NCBI GenBank assembly: GCA_951406725.2
Contig: OX597834.1
Span: 27,094,001-27,158,000, forward strand
Source of the DNA: Octopus vulgaris
Taxonomy: Eukaryota
DNA length: 64,000 bases
Direction of reading: 5' to 3'
Shown: positions 54,871-64,000 of the stretch, piece after piece
How positions within the stretch are numbered: the stretch's first letter is position 1
Layout: each line of letters starts with the position of its first letter
Position numbers and translations under genes: made by a program
The notes under the pieces: generated by a model
Seen by the model: only the letters and a program-made list of their open reading frames with translations
Told to the model about the DNA's origin: nothing
The model's database searches: none

Positions 54871-55072
54871 TAACAACAACCGTGGTTCACTCTAAATGCC
54901 ATTTGATGTGGTTAGTAGAATGTGTGTGTGTGTGTGTGTGTATGTGTGTGTGTTTCTTACTGCAGTTTTTAACTGCAACTCTAAGTAACAGAGATAAAAC
55001 GTTTATCTGATCAGCTGTAAAATGTTAGTGCAACAGCACTGCAGAAATCATTAACTACTGTTGCACTCACAG

Positions 55073-55128
<56 letters not shown>

Positions 55129-55129
55129 T

Positions 55130-55168
<39 letters not shown>

Positions 55169-55189
55169 TATATACATATATATGCATAC

Positions 55190-55248
<59 letters not shown>

Positions 55249-55460
55249 CAAACAGACACACATATATATAAATAAATACATACACATATACAGGCGTATG
55301 TATTTATTTATATATACGTATGTATGTGCATATATGCACGTGCATACTGATTACACACACATACATGTTATACAATGAGAGGTTCATTTTGTCATTAAAA
55401 AACACAACACGCACTGGTTATATTTCTCTTTACAATCATAATAATCATCATCATTATTAC

Positions 55461-56381
55461 TTAGTGAGAGAGCAACGCATGCCATAAAAATGACACTAGG
55501 GTACAGATATACGAAGCCCAATAAACTCATCATGCCTACCCGTGTAATAAGCGTGTACCAGGCACAAATTATCGCAAGCATATGTGCACGACATGGTGAT
55601 CTCATATCAAGGTGAACGGCGTATGACCTTGCAGGTAAGAGCCCAGTTAGAACTTTCTTCAGGTCGAGTAGCCTATTCCACCTAAAAGTTTCCTGAATAA
55701 TTGTTGTTTCCGCCTTGCTGTCACCACATTCTTGTAAAGGTGTAATTAATATATATATTTCTTTACTGCTCACAAGGGACTAAACATAGAGGGGACATAC
55801 AAGGACAAAGTATTAAGTCGATTATATCGACCCCAGTGCGTAACTGGTACTTAATTTATCGACCCCGAAAGGATGAAAGGCAAAGTCGACCTCGGCGGAA
55901 TTTGAACTCAGAACGTAAAGACAGACGAAATACCGCTAAGCATTTCGATTATGACCGAAGCCCCTACGTTTCCAGAGGTGAATTATTCACACACCAAACA
56001 ATTCCTCTCAACACATGGCTATGATGCTCCCCCACTACTTCTGCTCGTGATCAGAGATGCACATATCGTCAGCCCTTAAGTGATATGCTCAACTGGTTAT
56101 GTTCAAGCAAGTGATAAGGAAATCTGGTACTGAGGAGAATATTTGGTGTAGCCCATCTTTTATACCAAGACAAAACAATGTACACTTCCAATCAGCTAAG
56201 ATCAGAAGCCATGAGAGCCACTGCCTGGTACTGCATCAGAGTATTAGCAAATCTATGGTATTGAACGGAATATTTGCTGTAACCCATCTTTTATACCAAG
56301 ACAAAACAATGTACATGATAACACTTCTAATCAGTTAAGATCAGAAGTTATGAGAACCACTGTCTGGTACTGCATCAGGGC

Positions 56382-56385
<4 letters not shown>
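55461..56385. mobile_element. Inverted, diverged family F copy, interrupted at 55707-55947 and with an internal duplication near its end
   Basis: The reverse complement of 58697-59255 in two pieces. Confidence 0.75.
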
Positions 56386-56440
<55 letters not shown>

Positions 56441-56815
56441 GGAAGGTGGTGAGCTGGCAGAATCGTTAACATAAGGATGAAATGCTTAGCGGTAGTTCAT
56501 CCATTGCTACTTTCTGGATTTAAATTCCGCCAAGGTTGAGTTTGCCTTTCATCCTTTCATCCTTTCAGGGTCGATAAATTAAGTACCTGTGAATAGAAAA
56601 GATTATTATTAGGGCAGCGAGCTGGCAGCATCGTTAGCATGCCAGGTGCAATGCTTAGCAGCATTTTGTCCATCTTTACATTCTGAGTTCAAATCCTGCC
56701 AAGGTCAGCTTTGCCTTTTCATCCCTTCAGGGTCTATAAAAAAGGTACCAGTTGAATACTGGGGTCAATGTAATCAACTTATCCCCTTACCCAAAATTGC
56801 TGGCCTTGTGCCAAA
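56441..56815 (+). mobile_element. SINE family B, two older units
   Basis: Two diverged head plus core matches. Further remnants lie near 36720, 40960, 42490, 47210, 61010 and 61210. Confidence 0.7.
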
Positions 56816-57124
56816 ATTAGTGATGAAGGAATGTTGCCGGCTGCACTGAGTGAGAAGGGGATCAGTGACAATGGAGAGACGCTCCAGGAGTATAATACGA
56901 GGATTAATTGAGAAAAGATCATTGGCTGGAAAGAGAAAGTCCTACACTGGAGAGTCTTTTTCAACAAACAGCGGATGAAGCTGGTGAAGAATCCTGGAGT
57001 TGGTTAAGACACTGTTTCTTTAAAGAAGGAGACGGAAGGCCTGATTCTTGCTGCTCAAGAACAAGCTTTAGGTAGTAACCCAATCAAGTGTAGCATTGAT
57101 ATGGCATCAGCGTCTCCTTCATGT

Positions 57125-57515
57125 GGATGGAAGCACTCCGTCGGTTACGACGACGAGGGTTCCGGTTGATCCGATCAACGGAACAGCCTGCTCATGAAAT
57201 TAACGTGTAAGTGGCTGAGCACTCCACAGACACGTGTACCTTTAACGTAGTTCTCGGGGATATTCAGCGTGACACAGAGAATGACAAGGCCGGCCCTTTG
57301 AAATATAGGTACAACAGAAACAGGAAATAAGAGTGAGAGAAAGTTGTGGTGAAAGAGTACAGCAGGGATCACCACCATCCCCTGCCGGAGCCTCGTGGAG
57401 CTTTAGGTGTTTTCGCTCAATAAACACTCACAACGCCCGGTCTGGGAATCGAAACCGCGATCCTACGACGGCGAGTCCGCTGCCCTAACCACTGGGCCAT
57501 TGCGCCTCCACTTAT
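57125..57515 (-). mobile_element. tRNA-derived SINE family D inserted into the R4 fragment, 12-bp TSD
   Basis: TSD TCTCCTTCATGT at 57113-57124 and 57516-57527. The head is shared with family C and the 3' body with 45830-46150. Confidence 0.88.
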
Positions 57516-57856
57516 TCTCCTTCATGTAGAATATGTGGAAAAGCATCCGAAAAGCATCGAATATTAAACAGCGTCTTTACAAAGCATATAGTAGGTTAAC
57601 AAGGTTAACAAGGCAACCAATGGTTTCTAGTAAAAGAGCACTTCACAATTGTTTAAGCGTTCTTACATTGTTGGTACACGTCTCTATTTTGGATGAGAAT
57701 ATTTATACACTAATGCAATATTTGGCACTTGTTCTCACTTTTCGATAATAGAACACACACACACACACACACACACAGACACAGACACATCCACACACAC
57801 ACACACATATATATATATATACACATATATACATACATATGTGTGTGTGTGTAAAA

Positions 57857-57947
57857 ATAACTCTCTAAAAATGGCTATAACTCTCTAAAAATGGCTTATA
57901 TAGTTATTTCCCTTACAAACCCGAGCAACGCCGGGCGATACTGCTAG
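57857..57947 (+). mobile_element. 3' terminus of the same Helitron family
   Basis: Matches 5470-5543, including CCCGAGCAACGCCGGG and CTAG|T. Confidence 0.8.
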
Positions 57948-58377
57948 TATATATATAGACAAAAGCTGCTACAAAACCGTCCAGATATCACTCTCCAACA
58001 GAAAGAGCCCTAAGACTGGACCTGCATCCGACGTAGCTATCCCTGCAGGCAAAAATATTGTTAAGGCAAAGGGCAAGTAAGTCGGGAGGAACCAAGATTT
58101 AGGATTGGAAATGAAATGAATCCATTGAGACTCAAAAGGGAGTGTGGCAGCTATTGCGATCGGTGCACTTGGATCCATCTCAAAATAAAAAAAAAGCAAT
58201 ATTCAGACATCAAAAGTTGCATTTACCAAACTTCCTAGAAAGAATTCAGATGGCAGCAATACTTTGAATAGCAGCGCATGCGTTGAGGCAAGTGATGGAA
58301 TTGAAAGTAGTGGGATGGAGCTGGAACGGGACGTATATAAAGCAGGAGAAGTTAAGTGAATAATAATAATAATAATG

Positions 58378-58431
<54 letters not shown>

Positions 58432-58455
58432 GTAGTAGTAGTAGTAGTAGTTGTT

Positions 58456-58515
<60 letters not shown>

Positions 58516-58533
58516 ATAATAATAATAATAGTA

Positions 58534-58632
<99 letters not shown>

Positions 58633-58667
58633 ATAGTAATAATAATAGTAGTAATAATAATAATAAC

Positions 58668-58696
<29 letters not shown>

Positions 58697-58698
<2 letters not shown>

Positions 58699-59255
58699 GC
58701 CCTGATGCAGTACCAGGCAGTGGCTCTCATGGCTTCTGCTCTTAACTGATTGGAAGTGTTATCATGTACATTGTTTTGTCTTGGTATAAAAGATGGGCTA
58801 CACCAAATATTCTGCTCAATACCACAGATTTGCTTGTCAGTTGTTTGGCCTTAACCAGTTGAACATGTCCCTTAGTGGCTGACGATATGTGCATCTCTGA
58901 TCACGAGCAGAAATAGTGGGGAAGCATCATAGCCATGTGTTGAGAGGGATTCTTTGGGGTTTGAATAGTTCACCTCTGGAAACATGGGTGGTTCTTTCAA
59001 CATCCTTAAACAACCCTTATTCAGGGACCTTTTGAGCGGGATGGGCTACTCAACCTGAAGAAATTTCTAACTGGGCCCCACCTGCAAGGTCATGTGCTGT
59101 TTATCTTGATATGAGATCACCATGTCGCGCACATATGGTTGTGATGCATGTGCCTGGTGTACCCTTATCAGACGGGTAGTCATGATGGGTATATTGGGCT
59201 TCGTATATTTTACCCCAGTGTCACTTTGATGGCATGAACTGCTCTCTCACTCAAT
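58697..59255. mobile_element. Full-length ~560-bp non-coding element (family F) embedded in (TAA)n
   Basis: It begins TGCCCTGATGCAGTACC and ends CTCTCTCACTC. Other copies are at 37993-38245, 59376-59470 and, inverted, 55461-56385. Confidence 0.8.
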
Positions 59256-59260
59256 AATAA

Positions 59261-59376
<116 letters not shown>

Positions 59377-59947
59377 GTCCTGATGCAGTACCAGGCAGTG
59401 GCTCTCATGGCATTTGATCTTAACTGATTGGAAGTGTTATCATGTACATTGTCTCGTAACGTCTTGGTATATAAAATATGGAATAAATAACGTCGGGTAT
59501 TTTGTCCGACGTTCTAACAATTCTGCCAAACACCCGGCAATTTCGTTTTAGAATTTCTTATCTAGACCCAAGGCCACATCTATTAGTCGACTGGTACTTC
59601 ATTTCATCGATTCCAGAAGGATGAAAGATAAAGTTGTCTTCGGAACAATTTGACCTCACAAATTTTTTTCAGAGGTTTCTACCAAGTCACAAGAGTAAAC
59701 ATAAACCTTTCATAAAATGCCTAACAATCTCGAATAATAAACAGCGTCTTTACAAAGCATATAGTCGGTTAACAAGGTTAACAAGGCAACCAATGGTTTC
59801 TCGTAAAAGAGCACTTCACAATTGTTTAAGCGTACTTACATCGTTGGTACACGTCTCTATTTTGGATGAGAATATTTATACACTAATGCAATATTTGGCA
59901 CTTGTTCTCACTTTTCGATAATAGAGCACACACACACACAGACACAT

Positions 59948-59980
<33 letters not shown>

Positions 59981-60374
59981 CACATACATACATACATATG
60001 TGTGTGTGTGTGTAGAAAGAGAGAAAGAGAGAGAGAGATTGATTCATTGATTCAAGGTTATAGATCTTGAATCTTTTCCTTGCTCTCTTTCTCTCCTTTT
60101 CCCCCTCTCTCTTCCCTTCGCGCGTGCGCTTACTGGTCATACGGGTATTTGAAACGTGAAAAACAAACACATAGCCCAATAAACAAGCAAACAAATAAAC
60201 AGATAAATCTATTTTTAGTGTCCGAGTTTAATCCGGGTTTATAATAGATATTAATCACCTATTTATAGAATTTTCAACAGTGTGAAGCTAGCTTCGTACG
60301 GATTAAACAGGGATTAACACCGCTTCTTTCTCCGTTGCGCTTGCATATGTGAGTGCGCTTGATTGTGTGTGTGT

Positions 60375-60420
<46 letters not shown>

Positions 60421-60574
60421 ATATGAATATGAGTGTGCCTATATTTATATGCGGGTACAGTTAGTAGTAATACACACACACATATGCATCTATCGATATA
60501 TGTGTGTGTAAATATATGTATGTATATCCATACATATATATATGTACAAATATATCCATACATATATATATGTA

Positions 60575-60680
<106 letters not shown>

Positions 60681-61161
60681 GCATGCACATATACACACAT
60701 TTGAATTTTATAGTTCTCAACTGTAAGTCATATTCTTAAGACATATACATATATATATATATATATACATATGTGTGTGTGTGTGTATGTGTGTGTGTGT
60801 TTGTGTATGAGAGAGAGTCTATGTATGAAGGTATGTGCCAGATAGTTGTCTAGCTTCAATTATCGATACCTATACTATTTACTTGTAAAATAGCGATCGA
60901 TCTTTACTATTGATCTACTTCCGAGGAGACATATTGCAATGACACGATAGATTCTTTTTCTCTTGAGCGTCGAACAAAACGTGTCGTAGTGTTTGTTCCA
61001 GTTTCTGTTTCAAACCCCGCCGAGTTCAACCTCACCTTTCATCACTGCCCACCACTGGGGTCAACAAAATAAAGTACCAGTCAAATTCTAGTATCATTCA
61101 CATTGACTTACCACTCCACTCAACATCATTGGCCCTGCGCATGAAACAGAAATTATTATCA

Positions 61162-61203
<42 letters not shown>

Positions 61204-61370
61204 GATGGCATTTCTCCCGTCTTTGTGCTCTGAGTTCAAATCTGTTGAGGTCGACTTTGCCTTTAATCCTTTCGAGGTCAATAAGTTAAGTACCAGTGAA
61301 GTACTGGGGTCGATGTAATCGACTTACCCACTTCGACTTACCCACTATGGACCTTGTGCTTATTGTAGAA

Positions 61371-61420
<50 letters not shown>

Positions 61421-63394
61421 TTTAATAATAATAATAATGATGATTTTAAATTGGGGCACAAGGCCAGCAATTTCGGGGAGGGAATATATCGATTACATGA
61501 CCCCAGCGTGCACCTGGTATTTTGCCGACCTTGAAAATATAAAAGACGTAATCTGGAAAAAATACAGCTGAGCATTTTTCCGGTGCGGTAACACGGAAAA
61601 ATAATTATAATCACAGACCCTCCTATTTCGATTTCATATAAATTGTTTTTTTCTTCTAGCTGGGGAATTTTGCAATAATTTTTTTCTTTTTCCTTTCCTT
61701 CTTTTATTCGTTTATTTTTCTATAATATCTGGGTTTCCATTCCATGGCCATCTGACACACTGGTGTTATAATTATATACTGACGGAAGTGGTGGTGGTGG
61801 TGGTGGTGGTGTTGGTGGTGTTGGTGGTGGTTCTGAGGTAGATATAGATATAGACGTGGTGGGGAGGCTGTGAGTTTGCTTCTGGCTGGGGAAAGTACGC
61901 AACAGACTGCAACGAGATTGAGCGGTTCGTTAAACGGATCATCATCGATCGTTAATTATCGCTAATCTCCTATGACGTCAGAGGATTAACCTAATAGATA
62001 AATAGATGTGGATAGACAGCACCACAGTGGGTTTTTTCCCTTTTCTGCACTAACAGGAAGAATGACAATTGGTAATAGCTTGTGGGGGTGGAGGAGGTGA
62101 TGATGGTAGTAACGGTGGTGGTGGTGGTGGTGGTGGTGTGTGTGTGTGTGGGGGGGTGATAGTTGTGGTGTGATGGTGGAGAGATGATATTGGAGGCGAG
62201 GGTGACAATGATAGTGGTGGTGTTGGTGTTGGTATTGGTAGTGATGGTGGCGGTAGTTCTGGTAGTGGTGACGGTAATAGTGTTAATGATGACAATGATG
62301 GCGATATTCATAGTGGCAATCGAGGTGAAGGTATTGGTGGTGGTGGTGGTGGTGATGGTGGTGATGGTGGTGGTTATAGTGGCGCAGTGGCGGTGGTGAT
62401 GGTGGTCGTAGCGGCGATTGTTGTGACGGAGCGTCTATGAGCTTTTAACAAGAAAATACGAGGCCATGTAGGAGGAACATTCTAGAACTGTTTCGAATAA
62501 AAGATCAGTTAAATCAATCAATAAATCAGCCAATCAATCAATAAATGTTAGTTTTATTTTGTAGATATGATTCGGGAATCATTTTAGGGTCAACTCTGTG
62601 GAAAGAACGTTAAGTAAACCCTTCCGTTTGGAGAACCGAGGCAGCACTTTCGGTTAGTGCTAACAATGTTTCCACGGTAGAGTAGCTACAGTATCTGGCT
62701 CCCAGAGCAGCCTTTGAGTTTTCCGCCCACCCCGATCTGCCACAGCATATATAGGCTTACACAATACGTCCAAAAATTCCGCCTTATAAAAGCATCGCCC
62801 GGGGAGACTGGTACCCATTGCGGCCCTGGGTATCCTATTGCATCTTCCGTCTTCCCTTTCTAAATTTATAGGGAAGTTGAAAAAACGGAATTATGGATGA
62901 ATGTTAGATATTCACTGTGAGTGTAATAGAACAAGATGGCTTGATCAGTCTAATGTCTCTAATAGCATTGGTCATTTTGCAAATTGGTAAGATGACGAAT
63001 TTTCAAAGTCATTTGAGCGTTGGAAATACCCACATTAAGGGTTTTAAATCTTTTACCTTTCATTCATTTCAGTTATTGAATTGCATCCATGCTGGGTCAC
63101 TGTCTTGAAGACTTTAACACAACAAATCGGTCGCAGTTCGTATTTTTAAGTTTCGTACTTATTCTATCAATCTCTGATGCTATACCACTATCTTACGGGG
63201 ACGCAAACAATCCAACACCAGTTGTGAAGCAATGGTGGTAGTCGTGGTGGTGGACGAACAGACAGACACACACACATACACGATGGGATTCTTCCAGTTT
63301 CCGTCCACCAAATTCATCCCAATGCTTTGGTCAACCTGAGTTTGTAGTAGAAGACACTTACCCAAATTTACTTCACTTCTGATTTACAACACCT

Positions 63395-63807
63395 TACTCT
63401 TTTACTCTTTTACTTGTTTCAGTCATTTGACTGCGGCCATGCTGGAGCACCGCCTTTAGTCGAGCAAATCGACTCTGGGACTTATTCTTTGTAAGCCCAG
63501 TACTTATTCTATCGGTCTCTTTTTTGCCGAACTGCTAAGTGACGGGGATGTAAACACACCAGCATCGGTTGTCAAGCAATGCTAGGGGGACAAACACAGA
63601 CACATAAACACACACACATATATATATATATATACATATATACGACGTGCTTCTTTCAGTTTCCGTCTACCAAATCCACTCACAAGGCATTGGTCGGCCC
63701 GGGGCTATAGTAGAAGACACTTGCCCAAGATGCCACGCAGTGGGACTGAACCCGGAACCATGTGGTTGGTTAGCAAGCTACTTACCACACAGCCACTCCT
63801 GCGCCTA
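63395..63807 (-). mobile_element. SINE family A, full length
   Basis: Near-identical to 41735-42153. Confidence 0.9.
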
Positions 63808-64000
63808 TATGAATTAAAAAAATATATTTTACGTAACGAAGAACAACAAAGGGAGAACTTAACCAATTTAACGTAAGAGTAGCTGTAATGGGATGAATTC
63901 CGTATGACTCTACTTGCGGAAAACGCCAAAGATCGGCGACATTATGGTTCTGTATTTACGGCTTGCTAATTGGCAGAAACATTACTACTTTCATCTGTGA

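Larger units (their letters stand above)
56822..58340 (+). mobile_element. Old, degenerate R4-clade LINE fragment interrupted by a SINE, a duplicated host segment and a Helitron end
   Basis: WKEKVLH..SWSWL..KKETEGLILAAQEQAL..C|RICGK (zinc knuckle start). After 57958 it continues DVAIP..NI..QDLGLE..IAIGALGSI..IQMAAIL..AHALRQV. Confidence 0.75.

Noticed and set aside
62030-62077. 15-nt plus-strand microexon (62057-62071)
   Set aside because: The acceptor is plausible but the donor GTAATA is weak, and no plus-strand gene is evident.

Overview
AT-rich, microsatellite-saturated animal genomic DNA. The SINE, LINE and simple-repeat complement looks like a coleoid cephalopod, most likely an octopus (my recognition of the repeat families, not a database result). 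Nearly all ORFs in the supplied track are translations of simple repeats. There is one credible protein-coding segment: a 760-codon, stop-free, low-complexity frame on the minus strand (30908-28629) that ends at a good GT donor. It has no in-frame ATG until its last 7 codons and carries six SPARY repeats. The rest is intronic or intergenic: four or five tRNA-derived SINE families, (TAA)n-associated R4-clade LINE remnants, a DD37D maT transposase relic, Helitrons, RTE and CR1 ends, and three distinct minisatellites. The main unexplained signal is a dispersed set of type I hammerhead-ribozyme folds at about 14.1, 17.5, 17.9 (both strands), 21.1, 45.4, 51.7, 51.9 and 54.5 kb. They sit in short Penelope-like or retrozyme-like elements with fold-back palindromes. 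One is a 200-bp tandem dimer, and two non-canonical variants recur (CCGANGA core; A/A-flanked long stem II).
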